IMG/VR virus record: IMGVR_UViG_3300035523_000006
Span: 1 to 55,579 of that record
Direction: 5' to 3' (one strand)
DNA: 55,579 nucleotides
Source of the DNA: a virus
Taxonomy: Duplodnaviria > Caudoviricetes
Positions within the stretch are counted from its first letter, which is position 1, and the number at the start of each line of letters is the position of its first letter. Below are positions 1 through 9,415 of the stretch, in pieces. The position numbers and the translations under genes are program-made. A model generated the notes under the pieces. The model made no database searches, was not told where the DNA came from, and saw only the letters and a program-made list of their open reading frames with translations.

Positions 1-620
1 CCGCCCTTGGCCTTGCCCATCACGTCCTTGAAGTAGTCGTGGATCTGGTGCGCTCCCATCGGCCTCGGCCACTCGCCAGAGCCCCGGCAGTGGTCGCACG
101 TCGTTTCGATCTTGTGCCCCCACCGCAGTACCTTGCCGTGCCCATCGCATACAGAGCACTTTGGAGCGAGGAAATGGAACAGAGCCGGGCTGAGTAAGTC
201 CACGTCCACGCCGACCCGCTGGGCCCACTCGGTCAGCAACCCAAGGACCAGCGAACGCCCGCGCAGCACCATCGCCCGCTCGCGCATTTCCCGCGCGTGC
301 CAAGCAATCGCCTCAGCCCGTGCCCGCTTCATGTCCGGCCGCCCGCGCTTGTCCGGCAGTTCCTTGGCGCGAGCCTCGATGAAAGCCTCGGAGCGCTTGG
401 CGGGCTTGTCTGCGCGATCCCACTCCCCGCGAATGGCGATCAGGGCGAATCCGAGCTGGTGCCGTCCACCGCAAGCGGCCATGCCGGAAGCGATGATTAC
501 GTCAGCGGCGCGGTTCGGGTGGCCCTCGGGGACCATCCCGCCGACAACTGTCATGTCTGACGTGTGCAGCGCCATCGAATACGACTCGTCTATCGTTCTC
601 GGTTCCGTCGCAGTTGCCAT
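1..620 (-). CDS. Q-like late antitermination protein with zinc finger (5' part; continues at 55525-55579 if circular)
   Basis: Not in the ORF track. ATG at 620 after GGAGGG RBS, open to base 1 (MATATEPRTIDESY...CSVCDGHG...CDHCRGSG...). Last large gene of the nin region, upstream of the late promoter. Confidence 0.7.
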   Translation of the reverse strand, partial: MATATEPRTIDESYSMALHTSDMTVVGGMVPEGHPNRAADVIIASGMAACGGRHQLGFALIAIRGEWDRADKPAKRSEAFIEARAKELPDKRGRPDMKRARAEAIAWHAREMRERAMVLRGRSLVLGLLTEWAQRVGVDVDLLSPALFHFLAPKCSVCDGHGKVLRWGHKIETTCDHCRGSGEWPRPMGAHQIHDYFKDVMGKAKG

Positions 621-652
621 CAACCCTCCGATAGTGTTTGTTGTGGGGGCAG

Positions 653-904
653 TTAGTCGCCCTTCTTAAACCATCCCGCAGGCTCGGTAGTCCGCCCCTT
701 GTACGCGAGCCCAAGCTGCCGCAAGCCTTGCTCCATGGCGGCGATGTCGCATTGCAGCCGCTCAATGTCGCTCACCCGGTTATCGTTCTTCCACTTCACC
801 AGCTCGCGCAAATCGGCGACCGCCTTGCGCAGCCCGAGAGCCGCAGCGAGCGCGCAGGCCGACGCGAATCCAATGGCCCCGATTGCTATCCAAGTTGCAT
901 CCAT
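653..904 (-). CDS. small membrane-anchored hypothetical protein
   Basis: ATG at 904 after AGGAGG; hydrophobic N-terminus followed by a coiled-coil-like segment. Confidence 0.6.
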   Translation of the reverse strand: MDATWIAIGAIGFASACALAAALGLRKAVADLRELVKWKNDNRVSDIERLQCDIAAMEQGLRQLGLAYKGRTTEPAGWFKKGD

Positions 905-1126
905 CTCGCCTCCTATGCGCTCACGCGCGGTTAGTTCGCCATCCACCGAAACAGCGCCAAAGCAAGCGCCGCATAGACCCAGCGCGGGCGGTCAGTAGCC
1001 AGCGCCCAAGCCGCAAAAATCAGCCAAGCATCGCAGCCGGTCAGCGGGCTCATCTCTGCCCCCGGCAAGCCGCCAGCGTTGCCGCATGGGCGCGCTCGGA
1101 GTCGAATTCCTGCGCTGCGTCCGTCT

Positions 1127-2203
1127 TCATAGAAGAAACCCTTTTTGCTGCATGTAGTCCACCGGATGTTTGGCGCCTTTCTGCTGATTGCAGCGCGCCC
1201 TCAACAACTGCACGTTAGCGTCGATATTCCTACCGCCAAGCGCCAACGGAACAATGTGATCTAGATGGAAGTCCCGACCAAGCGGCCGACCGCAGCAAGC
1301 GCATTTGCCGCGCTGAAGTTTCTGCAGCCGCTCCAGAATCCCGCGAGATAGTCGGTCGGCCCCAATCAGCCTCCTGCGCTTTCTGTCTTTCAGACGCAGA
1401 TACTCCTTGTTTCGCCTTGCCCATGCTCTTTTGTAGGAGCGATTCTTTTCTGCGTTTTCTTTGATCCACGAAACTCTGGCCGCCCTAGCTCGTTCGGTAT
1501 TTGCTGCGTACCACTCCCGGCTATAGCGGCGGCGTTCCTCCGCCGATCTTTGGTAGCGGTCACGTCGGTATTGACTTAGGTGGTTTCTATTGGCAGCGAC
1601 CCAAGCCTGCCTAGCAGCAACGTAGCCATCTGACCTCCGAACCGCCGCCTCGCACGCCTTGCAACGCCCCCCAGCAATAACCGCTCCGCATCTTCCGCAG
1701 ATGGTCATGGTTATCACTAGCCACGGCGATTTACTCGGACCTGGACCTGCGGAATAGATCGAAGTAGGCCGCGTGCCGTAGTGAGCCAGCACCCCCACGC
1801 GGTGGATCAGACCTCGTCCGGCGGCATTCAGCATCGCCTTTGATACTTGCGCCCACGATTTGCCAGCAAACTGCGGGAGCAAATCATCTGCGGTAGCCTT
1901 TCCAAATTCGCAAACCAACGCTGCGATCTTTTCCTGCTCGCACCATGGTTTGGTCTTGATGATTCCGCCAAGAGGAGGCTTTCCAGCAGAATAGACGGCG
2001 GCAGGACTCCGCCCATCGCGCATCTCGCCGCTCGATCTATGCGCGAGCCCCGACCTCGCCAGCCCGCGCAACGCAGTAGCGATCTGCGCCCTCGAAAATA
2101 CCGCCATGCGCGCCGCAAGACCATCCGCCGTTGATGGGCCGTGCGTCTCCAGCAAGGAGAGCGCGACACTTCTTGCGCTTGTATTTTGCCTCTCAAAACC
2201 CAT
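1127..2203 (-). CDS. tandem winged-helix-like repeats fused to an HNH endonuclease
   Basis: C-terminal CACC...HLDHIVPLALGG.N...NVQLL...CN..K HNH motif; two N-terminal repeats each ending in YSAG. Confidence 0.75.
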   Translation of the reverse strand: MGFERQNTSARSVALSLLETHGPSTADGLAARMAVFSRAQIATALRGLARSGLAHRSSGEMRDGRSPAAVYSAGKPPLGGIIKTKPWCEQEKIAALVCEFGKATADDLLPQFAGKSWAQVSKAMLNAAGRGLIHRVGVLAHYGTRPTSIYSAGPGPSKSPWLVITMTICGRCGAVIAGGRCKACEAAVRRSDGYVAARQAWVAANRNHLSQYRRDRYQRSAEERRRYSREWYAANTERARAARVSWIKENAEKNRSYKRAWARRNKEYLRLKDRKRRRLIGADRLSRGILERLQKLQRGKCACCGRPLGRDFHLDHIVPLALGGRNIDANVQLLRARCNQQKGAKHPVDYMQQKGFLL

Positions 2204-2212
2204 AGATACGCC

Positions 2213-2413
2213 TCACTGGCCCCTGCACGCAAGCTCAGTTGCACGCCACGCCCGCTCCGGGTCAAACTCAGTCACTCGATACACTTCGACGGGCAGCCCA
2301 GGCTTCGCCTCTTTCGGCGGTTCGGAGTATGTCGCCCACATCACCTGTCCGCGCTCGTCCACGCCGTAGGTCGTGCCGTCATAGCCATGGAGCGTTGTGG
2401 TGGCTGTGCTCAT
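2213..2413 (-). CDS. hypothetical protein
   Basis: ATG overlaps the upstream stop in a tightly packed operon. Confidence 0.5.
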   Translation of the reverse strand: MSTATTTLHGYDGTTYGVDERGQVMWATYSEPPKEAKPGLPVEVYRVTEFDPERAWRATELACRGQ

Positions 2414-2676
2414 ACCGTCACTCCCTGCCCGTAGTGCCAAACGCTCGGATAGCGCAGCACGCGCACTGGCGGCTTGATCCGATACGTCGTCTCGATGAGA
2501 AACGACCCGGGAATCGGCCGGCGCGTTGTCACAAGTTGCCCGACCGACGTAGCCTCGCGCAGTGCGTTGGATACCTGCCGTGGCGTCAGGCGTCCTTGAA
2601 GCTCTGAGCAGACCTGCGGATTTGTTGCCGCCCCGAGCACGCGGACAGCTTCTAGCACTTGCTCGCGGTTGGTCAC
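2410..2676 (-). CDS. small winged-helix-like protein
   Basis: GTGA overlap with the upstream gene; resembles the repeats of the 1127-2203 protein. Confidence 0.5.
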   Translation of the reverse strand: MTNREQVLEAVRVLGAATNPQVCSELQGRLTPRQVSNALREATSVGQLVTTRRPIPGSFLIETTYRIKPPVRVLRYPSVWHYGQGVTV

Positions 2677-2876
2677 GTCTTCCCCCATACGTCTTCCAGG
2701 CGCACCGGACGGCTCTCGCTCAGCTTCTGGTCGATCAGGTCGCGCAGGAACTTGCTGCCGCCCATCTCGCGCACCTTCTCTGCCTGCTCTTTGGTCACGC
2801 GGGCGTGAATCCATGCGGGCATCCCGGCTTCGTTGATCGGCGGGCGCCCTGTGGGCTTCGTCTTGAATTGCCTCAT
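2673..2876 (-). CDS. small DNA-binding protein (ribbon-helix-helix-like)
   Basis: GRPP...IHARVT.EQ..KV...GGSKFLRDLID pattern; ATGA overlaps. Confidence 0.55.
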   Translation of the reverse strand: MRQFKTKPTGRPPINEAGMPAWIHARVTKEQAEKVREMGGSKFLRDLIDQKLSESRPVRLEDVWGKT

Positions 2877-3163
2877 GCCTCTACCCCCTTCAACAGCGTC
2901 ATTGCGTCCAGCAGGAGATCGGCCTGAGTGAAGCCGTACCGCTTGACGAATCCTTTTGTTCCGAGTCCGTGAACCCCGGTAGCGCCGCGATGGTGCTCAA
3001 CGCATAGCGGGATCAGGGTTTCGTATCCGCCTTTGCCCCAGCCGCCCGCCCGCAGGTGATGCAGCTCCACGGGGCCTGGTTCGTGCGGCCCGTACATGCG
3101 ACGGCACAGGACGCAGCCAAGCTCCGCGAGTGCTGTCTTGTGGGCGTGTTCGGCTTTGGTCAT
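2873..3163 (-). CDS. Ref-like recombination enhancement HNH nuclease
   Basis: LGCVLC...ELHH...IPLCVEHHRG..GVH motif. Confidence 0.7.
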   Translation of the reverse strand: MTKAEHAHKTALAELGCVLCRRMYGPHEPGPVELHHLRAGGWGKGGYETLIPLCVEHHRGATGVHGLGTKGFVKRYGFTQADLLLDAMTLLKGVEA

Positions 3164-3570
3164 GCCGCCCGCCTCTCGTCTTCCGGGTACACGACAACGC
3201 CCTCTTCAATCGCTGCCGCGTGAAGCCATTCCAGCCAGTCGGAAAACTCGCCCTTGCCGAACTTGCTGGTGCGCTGGCCTAGCAGAATCATTCGCCCACG
3301 GAAGTTCGCAACCCGCGCCATCTCGTCACGGAAAGCGCCGGTAAGCACGTCCTTCCACTCTTCGTCGCTGACGTACTCCATGCGCCCGTTGACGCAAAGC
3401 TGCTTCTGCTTGGCGAAGGCGTCCAGAATCGGCCATTGCGCCGCGTTCTGCTCCAGAGTGCGGGTAGGCTCACCCACCGTCACCACGTAGCCGTGTGGGG
3501 CCGTCCTGACCGCTTCCAGCGCCCTTCCGCGTGACTGCGGGTGGTTGCCAACGACGAAGGTCTGTCTCAT
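3160..3570 (-). CDS. ninB: NinB/Orf-family recombination protein
   Basis: RTLEQNA.QW..L...WKD...G.RTSK..K.EFSD.LE motif; ATG at 3570. Confidence 0.8.
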   Translation of the reverse strand: MRQTFVVGNHPQSRGRALEAVRTAPHGYVVTVGEPTRTLEQNAAQWPILDAFAKQKQLCVNGRMEYVSDEEWKDVLTGAFRDEMARVANFRGRMILLGQRTSKFGKGEFSDWLEWLHAAAIEEGVVVYPEDERRAA

Positions 3571-3718
3571 GCCAGCCCCTTCCCGCCTTCCAGCGCCACC
3601 CGAAACAGCTTCGTTTCCATCAGAGCCTTGGCCTTTGCAGCGTTCCCGCGCGCAAGATCCAGGGCGAGCTTTACCAGGGCGTCTACCTCGCGGGGGATGA
3701 CGCGGTGCTTGCGTGTTC

Positions 3719-4024
3719 TCAAAATGACGGGCCTCCGACGAAAGCCCGCACGAACCCGTCCCACAGCCGCGCAGCACGCGAGAGCAGAGAGTCGGCGGGA
3801 ATGTCTCGCGCTACTTCGGCAAGGATCAAGTCCTCACCGCCATACACGCGGTGCTGGTGCTGGATCACGCGCCCGTCAGCCAGCAGCCGAAACCATGCCG
3901 CCCTGCGCTGCGGGATAGCGTCAAGCCATGCGCGCGATAGGCGTTCGCTGATGCCGATCTCGGCGAGAACTTCAGTCTCCCGGCCGGCGCGGCTTCTGTA
4001 GTCGATTGGGGATTGGTGCGTCAT
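3719..4024 (-). CDS. hypothetical protein
   Basis: Coupled ORF in the operon. Confidence 0.5.
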   Translation of the reverse strand: MTHQSPIDYRSRAGRETEVLAEIGISERLSRAWLDAIPQRRAAWFRLLADGRVIQHQHRVYGGEDLILAEVARDIPADSLLSRAARLWDGFVRAFVGGPSF

Positions 4025-4770
4025 GCGGCCTCCAATCCAAGTTGTTGCGGGGCTTTTGCTGGCTCTGCGACGAACAGCGGACGCTGCTTGTATGCCTGCT
4101 CAATTCGCCTGCACGCAATGTCAAAGTGCTTGCGATCGCGCTCGATTCCCTGAAAGCCGCGCCCCTGGAGGACGGCCGCGACTCCGGTCGTTCCGCTTCC
4201 CATGAACGGGTCGAGAATGACTTGGCCCGGCTCCGTGAAGTCGCTTACAAAGGCCGATAGGAGCCCAAGAGGCTTCTGCGTCGGGATCTCGCCTCGTCCT
4301 TCCACAGGGAACGTCCAAACACCAGCCCCGCCACCACGATTCCACTTTTTTGTGACGGCGGCGGAGTGCATGATCAGCACGGTTTCAAACCCTTGTCCGG
4401 GCCGGTCGCCGCTGATTTGCGGCATGGGGTTCGGCTTGACCCAAGCCCCAAGTCGAACAAAGTTCAGGTGCTCGTAGAACAGCGCGGCATGCTTGTAATC
4501 GCAGGTAGCAATCACCCACTCATAGCAGGCCCCGAGGCACAGCCGCATTGCCGTTACGAACTCTTCGCCAGAAATCGAATCGAACAGCTTGACCCGTGCG
4601 CCGCCTTGAACGCCAGCCGTCGCCTTGTTTGTGCGCATCATCGAATGCGTGTTGGCCGAGTACGGTGGGTCTGTGATGACGTGATCGACCTCCGGCCAAC
4701 CGTTCTCCATGAGGTCGAACATGCTTCCGTGGTACAGCGTGCAGTCTCCGATTTGCGCTGAATCGATCAC
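4021..4770 (-). CDS. DNA N6-adenine/N4-cytosine methyltransferase (beta class)
   Basis: ITDPPY catalytic motif, [20 protein letters not shown]-binding motif; GTG start at 4770. Confidence 0.88.
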   Translation of the reverse strand: MIDSAQIGDCTLYHGSMFDLMENGWPEVDHVITDPPYSANTHSMMRTNKATAGVQGGARVKLFDSISGEEFVTAMRLCLGACYEWVIATCDYKHAALFYEHLNFVRLGAWVKPNPMPQISGDRPGQGFETVLIMHSAAVTKKWNRGGGAGVWTFPVEGRGEIPTQKPLGLLSAFVSDFTEPGQVILDPFMGSGTTGVAAVLQGRGFQGIERDRKHFDIACRRIEQAYKQRPLFVAEPAKAPQQLGLEAA

Positions 4771-4906
4771 TTCTTCTCCTTTGGCTTGTGCGCGGCACAC
4801 CGAAAGCCGTTCTTCGTAGTTCCGCCCTTGCTCGGCTTCCAGTCGCAGCACAGCAGGCACCACTTCTGGCTTGGCGACCTCTGCAAAATCTGGCGGTGCG
4901 TGTCGG

Positions 4907-5391
4907 TCATGCGGCTTCCGATTCGTCAGGCTCCAGCACGAAACAGGCGATGTGCCGGCCGGTTCCTTTACCCTGAGAGCCGTCCTCAGTCGCAAGCCAC
5001 CGCACATCCCCGAGGTTGCGCACCTTCGCGCCGGCCGCGAGCAGCATCAGTACCACTTGTCGATGGGGTACACCAGCACAACACGCTTACCCTTCTTCTG
5101 CTCCGCGATGGCCTTGCGCGCCCATGCGGTCGGACCCTTCTTCTTGCCTTCATGCAGGATGGATCCGAAGGGCGGATTCACGTAGCTGGACCGGCCCCAT
5201 TCGCACGTCAGGCCGTCAAATCCGTCCGGCTTCGGGAACGGGCACGGGTCGAAATCGAACCGAAACTCGGCGGCGAGCTTCGCGTACACGTCGGGAGGCG
5301 TCAGCCAGTAGTGCTTGCCGTCCTCGCCGTTGCCGACGTGAAACTTGTTCTCGGCCGGCGCGAGCAGGCTTTGGTGTGCGAGTTCGCTCAA
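4907..5391 (-). pseudogene. phage Dam-like adenine methyltransferase, frameshifted near 5050
   Basis: WLTPP...FDFDPC...W....YVNPPF motifs; frame stops at DKWY* but continues in the adjacent frame as [19 protein letters not shown]...EAA*, whose stop overlaps the next ATG. Confidence 0.7.
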
Positions 5392-5520
5392 TCCCGTCTC
5401 CCAGTAGTCATGCTTTGAGCCAATCGAAGTAAGCCTCGCTCGGCGTGAAGCCAAGTCCCATAACTCGCCTGCCGCGCGCGAAGCAGTGCCAGACTCCGTG
5501 AAACAGGAAGATGCGCGGCT

Positions 5521-6171
5521 TCATGCGAGCGCCCCGATCACGCGCAGGCGAGGAGCACCGACAGGCGTTGTTAACGCACGCTCTTGGCTCCATCCGTAAA
5601 TCAACCTTGCGCTTATCACGCGCAGCGGTATTCCGGTCCGCTCAGACCAGACAGACAACGTAAGCCGGGCGCCGTTCCATTCGATGAGCTTGTTGCTGCT
5701 CTTGTTGTTTTGCTGCTCCCTTACCGTCACCCATCGGACATTTCCCGGTTCGTAGTCGCCGTCGTTGTTGATTCGGTCAAGCTGCAATCCTGGTCGATAG
5801 CCCTCGCCCATGTCCTTAACAAAGGCGTCAAAACTCGCCTCCCATCGCTCGCAGACTCGTATCCCGCGCTTGCCGTACCTATCAAACCGCTTGTTCTTTG
5901 GGTTTGAGCAGCGCTGACGCATCGATGACCAAATGTGGTGCAGAGGATGACGCGACATGCCGTGAGTGCTGGCGCGGCGCTGCGTTGTCTCCGTCCTCAA
6001 ACACCCGCAAGAGCGCGACCAGCCGGAAATCAATTTATCCTGCAATACTGGTTTTACCGTCCCGCATTCGCAGCGACAGATCCAGCGCCGTTTTTTGCCG
6101 TTCGTAGGGGCTAGCTCAATTACGGTCCAGCGCGAATCCGCTGGAAGCCTCATTTCCGGATGCGGTCTCAT
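5521..6171 (-). CDS. HNH homing endonuclease-like protein
   Basis: WICRCECG, SCGC, W.SM.QRC.NP....YG.RGI.VC.RW, LDRINNDGDYEPGNVRW motifs. Confidence 0.8.
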   Translation of the reverse strand: MRPHPEMRLPADSRWTVIELAPTNGKKRRWICRCECGTVKPVLQDKLISGWSRSCGCLRTETTQRRASTHGMSRHPLHHIWSSMRQRCSNPKNKRFDRYGKRGIRVCERWEASFDAFVKDMGEGYRPGLQLDRINNDGDYEPGNVRWVTVREQQNNKSSNKLIEWNGARLTLSVWSERTGIPLRVISARLIYGWSQERALTTPVGAPRLRVIGALA

Positions 6172-6452
6172 TTGATGATTCCTAGAACTCTCAGCGCTTC
6201 GTCCGGCGTGCGAACCACGTAGACGGGGGCCTGCCATGCGATGTGCCAGCGCTTCTGCAACTCATTCGGCTCGGCCTTGCCCGTCTTCAGCTCCATCAGG
6301 TACAGCCGCACGTCCGGCCGCGTGCCGTAGGCGACCAAAATGTCCGGGCAACCTTTTCCGATTGCCGCGAGGCTCTGCACGCGAGCGCCCGCAGCCTTCA
6401 GCGCGGACACAATCTGCTCCTGCACGGCATCGACCTTTGCGGCCCTACGCAT
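6168..6452 (-). CDS. VRR-NUC-like PD-(D/E)XK nuclease, putative resolvase
   Basis: MRRAAKVD...GCPDILV....LMELKT....LQ..W motif. Confidence 0.75.
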   Translation of the reverse strand: MRRAAKVDAVQEQIVSALKAAGARVQSLAAIGKGCPDILVAYGTRPDVRLYLMELKTGKAEPNELQKRWHIAWQAPVYVVRTPDEALRVLGIIK

Positions 6453-6648
6453 TGCGCGCCTCTCGCTTGTGGGCCAGCCGCTCAGGGCATGGCGTCTCTT
6501 TCGGCGCTTCCATCCACTCGACGCCCGGCTCGCCAGCGATGTAGTCGGCAACACCCTGCGAGCGGCGAAAGCAGTTGAAGCACTCCTGCGGTACGGGCTC
6601 GCCTGGATTGCGGCCGGCGCAGCGCTTGACAGACAGCGGCAGGCTCAT
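6445..6648 (-). CDS. hypothetical Cys-rich protein
   Basis: Coupled small ORF. Confidence 0.45.
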   Translation of the reverse strand: MSLPLSVKRCAGRNPGEPVPQECFNCFRRSQGVADYIAGEPGVEWMEAPKETPCPERLAHKREARNA

Positions 6649-6857
6649 GCCTTGCGCCCCTTCACGTCAATGCGCGCCGTCGGGGAATAGCCCGCAGGCA
6701 CCGTGAATACCTCGGCGTACACCGGGGGCTTGCCGACCGTGTGCCCGTTCTCGCTCGCGTAGATCACGACGGGTTTGAATGCCGCGTACTGCTCTACGAA
6801 CGCGGCTACGGTCGGCATGGCTGCTCGGCGGGCTGCACGGCGGGATTCGAGGTTCAC
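6645..6857 (-). CDS. hypothetical protein
   Basis: Coupled small ORF with GTGA overlap. Confidence 0.5.
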   Translation of the reverse strand: MNLESRRAARRAAMPTVAAFVEQYAAFKPVVIYASENGHTVGKPPVYAEVFTVPAGYSPTARIDVKGRKA

Positions 6858-7111
6858 GCCGTCGCCTCCAGAATTTCCAGCACCGGAACGCCAGGCGGAA
6901 CCGTGCAGCGCGGCGTAACGCTGTACTCGTACTGTCTTGGCTCTCCCGCCCGCTCCAAGTAGCCAAGCTGGAATGCAGCCTTCAGCGCCGGGGCGCGTTG
7001 GTTGTGCGACAACTCCGGCAGCGCAGCCGCAATGTCCGCGTACCTCACGGGCCGCTGCGCACGCAGGATCTCAAGCCACACGGCGCTGATGTTGGTGGCC
7101 TCGCGGCTCAT
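6854..7111 (-). CDS. small winged-helix-like protein
   Basis: ATG at 7111 overlaps the upstream stop; helix-turn-helix plus wing pattern. Confidence 0.5.
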   Translation of the reverse strand: MSREATNISAVWLEILRAQRPVRYADIAAALPELSHNQRAPALKAAFQLGYLERAGEPRQYEYSVTPRCTVPPGVPVLEILEATA

Positions 7112-7533
7112 TCCGCACCCCCGGCAGGACGGCGAGCGACAGCCTGCGCCATCTTCAGCACCAGCGGCGTTACGCGAGCACCGTTGCGAACCCGCTCCAC
7201 GATGCGCCGCGCCCAATCCTTGCGCGGATTCTTCTTTGCCGCGACCTCACGCAATGCGGCTACCGCTGCTGCCTTCTCGGCGCGAGACATCGCCTTCGGC
7301 GTCACAGGCTCGCGGCGCTGCCTAGCCTTGTCGGCCATCGATTCGAGTTGTTCCTGAGTGATCTGCGGCCAAAGGTGTGGGTCTGACCATGCGTGCCACG
7401 AACACAGCCGCCCGGCTCCAGCATCGACGCTCCAGCAATGCGGACAGCCGCTTGCCGCGCACATCAACTCTTTCCCGGCCGCGACTTCCTCCACCACGCG
7501 CTGATCGTGGGCGCGCGTTTTGTAGCTGCTCAT
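7108..7533 (-). CDS. replication-region protein (P-gene position)
   Basis: ATG at 7533 after GGAGG; C..GC...W.....LC.WH and KDWARRI motifs; lies downstream of the initiator. Confidence 0.55.
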   Translation of the reverse strand: MSSYKTRAHDQRVVEEVAAGKELMCAASGCPHCWSVDAGAGRLCSWHAWSDPHLWPQITQEQLESMADKARQRREPVTPKAMSRAEKAAAVAALREVAAKKNPRKDWARRIVERVRNGARVTPLVLKMAQAVARRPAGGAE

Positions 7534-7705
7534 TGATACCCTCCTGTGCGCTGAGTGGCGTTGCCCCACCGAATGCGGTATGCCCCCGTTCTTCCGGTGA
7601 GCCAGAACCGCACTTGCAGCCATGCGCTGAACAGGCGACCTCTCCCAAACTCGCGAGCGCGGTGGTATGCGCTTGTGCTGAAACGCACAGCGTTGATGCG
7701 GTACG

Positions 7706-8458
7706 TCATCGCTGATCCTTTGCGGCTCGTTCAAGCCAGTTGCTCCACGATTGCCGCCAGCCCTTGACAGAGCGGCGCTTGCCCTGCCCCTTGCCAGCGG
7801 TCCAGTACTGCCGGAACTTCTCGGATTGGTAGAGCACCTGCGATGGCTTCCAACCGAGGGCTTCGGCATCAACGCCCCAGTCCTCCGGAAGCTCCCAGTC
7901 CCCGGCGATTTGCACGATGGCCTTGCCGTTCAGGGACTGCGCGTTCTTTCCGTTGAAGTCGGGCGGGGGCGACGGGGCCGCGCGTTGCGCGGGGCCGTCA
8001 ACCTCTCCGTTAGGAGAGGTATTGGAATCAGGAAGGGGGAATCCGGAATCCGGAATCAGCCCGGATGGTTCGGTGCCGGGTTGTTCTGCCTTACCGGCGG
8101 GCTTACTTTCTTGTCTGGTACTTGCACCGGGCCGGTCTGGTGCTTGTATGGTGCTTTCGGTTTCCTTGACGTGTGGGTTTTGGTGCTTGTCCCAATTCAC
8201 GATCTGGATCGCGGCCACGTTCCCAGCTTGGTAGCGCTGGACGAACCCTGCCTGATGCAGCTCCTGCAACATCACGTTGATGTCGCAATCGTCATAGGGC
8301 AGCACTTCAGCCTTGATCCGTTTGGGCCTGTCCTCTAGCCGGCCAGCACGGTCGGCTACGGTCCACAGGCCGATGAACAGCAAGCGCGCGAGCGGCGCCA
8401 ACTCGGCGATTCCGTCATGCGTGAAGAAGCCCGGTTTGATGTTTCTTGCGCGCGCCAT
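7706..8458 (-). CDS. phage replication initiator (O-like)
   Basis: MARARNIKPGFF...RLLFIGLWT.ADR.GRL N-terminus, low-complexity linker, C-terminal EKFRQYW...W...W.NW domain. Confidence 0.8.
   Translation of the reverse strand: MARARNIKPGFFTHDGIAELAPLARLLFIGLWTVADRAGRLEDRPKRIKAEVLPYDDCDINVMLQELHQAGFVQRYQAGNVAAIQIVNWDKHQNPHVKETESTIQAPDRPGASTRQESKPAGKAEQPGTEPSGLIPDSGFPLPDSNTSPNGEVDGPAQRAAPSPPPDFNGKNAQSLNGKAIVQIAGDWELPEDWGVDAEALGWKPSQVLYQSEKFRQYWTAGKGQGKRRSVKGWRQSWSNWLERAAKDQR
8024..8189. repeat. putative replication origin iterons inside the initiator gene
   Basis: TCTGGTACTTG (8114), TCTGGTGCTTG (8136), TATGGTGCTTT (8147), TTTGGTGCTTG (8179), plus GGAATC repeats at about 8024-8057; lambdoid origins lie inside O. 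Confidence 0.5.
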
Positions 8459-9223
8459 CTATAGCCCAATCGCATCGTCAAGCCAGGACTCGAAGTCGTT
8501 CCAGCGTCTGGCGTGTTTCGCCTCAAGCTCCATGTCTTCCACGGACACGCCAGCATGGAGAGCTTCAGTCAGGCTCTTGAGGACGTTGTAGGGGACGTAG
8601 GACAGGCGGTTTCTGAGAATGCCCTTGACGTAGTACAGGCGGCGCTCGTCATCGGGTAGTCCGGCCATGCGCAGGAATCCACCCACCTTGGACCATGCGA
8701 GGTCCATCGACTCCTGCGTTGCCTTGCCGTCCTCGTCCAGCTTCACGTATGCCGTGCGCACGTCGTCGATGGCGTCCAGCACCTTCGCCACGCCGTGCTT
8801 TTTGATGTACTTCAGCGCGCTCTTGCGGCCGGCGTCGTTCAGCCGCCATCCGGGAGCGGCCTCGCGCCAAGCATCGCAGACGGTTTCGACCTCGGCCTCG
8901 GCGATGCCCTTCAGACCCTGACGCCACGCCAGCATCATTTCGAGTTGTTCGCGGCGCTCGTTCAGTTCGACCAACTGCGCCCGCTGCTTCTGGAGCGTCG
9001 TGCTGTCGTCGAGGGTTCGGTCGCTCTTGCCTGAGTTACAGGCGTTGCAGGAGGTGATGTAGTTCACCATCTCGTCGGCACCGTCTTTGCTGACGGGCTG
9101 AATGTGGTCCAACTCCAGAATCACGTCCGGCGCGCTGGCGCCGCAGTATTGGCACTTGAAGGAATCGCGCTTGAAGACCTCGAAGCGGATCTTCTTGCTG
9201 ATGGTCTTGCGCTTAGTCGCCAC
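8459..9223 (-). CDS. HNH endonuclease
   Basis: RFEVFKRD.FKCQYCG...LELDHI.PVSK.G......TSC..CNSGKS; GTG start at 9223. Confidence 0.85.
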   Translation of the reverse strand: MATKRKTISKKIRFEVFKRDSFKCQYCGASAPDVILELDHIQPVSKDGADEMVNYITSCNACNSGKSDRTLDDSTTLQKQRAQLVELNERREQLEMMLAWRQGLKGIAEAEVETVCDAWREAAPGWRLNDAGRKSALKYIKKHGVAKVLDAIDDVRTAYVKLDEDGKATQESMDLAWSKVGGFLRMAGLPDDERRLYYVKGILRNRLSYVPYNVLKSLTEALHAGVSVEDMELEAKHARRWNDFESWLDDAIGL

Positions 9224-9415
9224 GGCCCAGCCTTTCAGCGGCAAGCCGCCCTTGCGCCTGGAAGTAATTAGCGCCGTCGTCCAGATCGCTGCCGCCGAGT
9301 CTGCTGGCGCCTACATCGGGAAACGCTTTACGCTGATACGTCACAGCGTCTTGCGGTGGTGTGATGGAATCTGCCGGGATACCGACCGTGATGTTTTCGG
9401 CCGAAGAAAGAGCGC

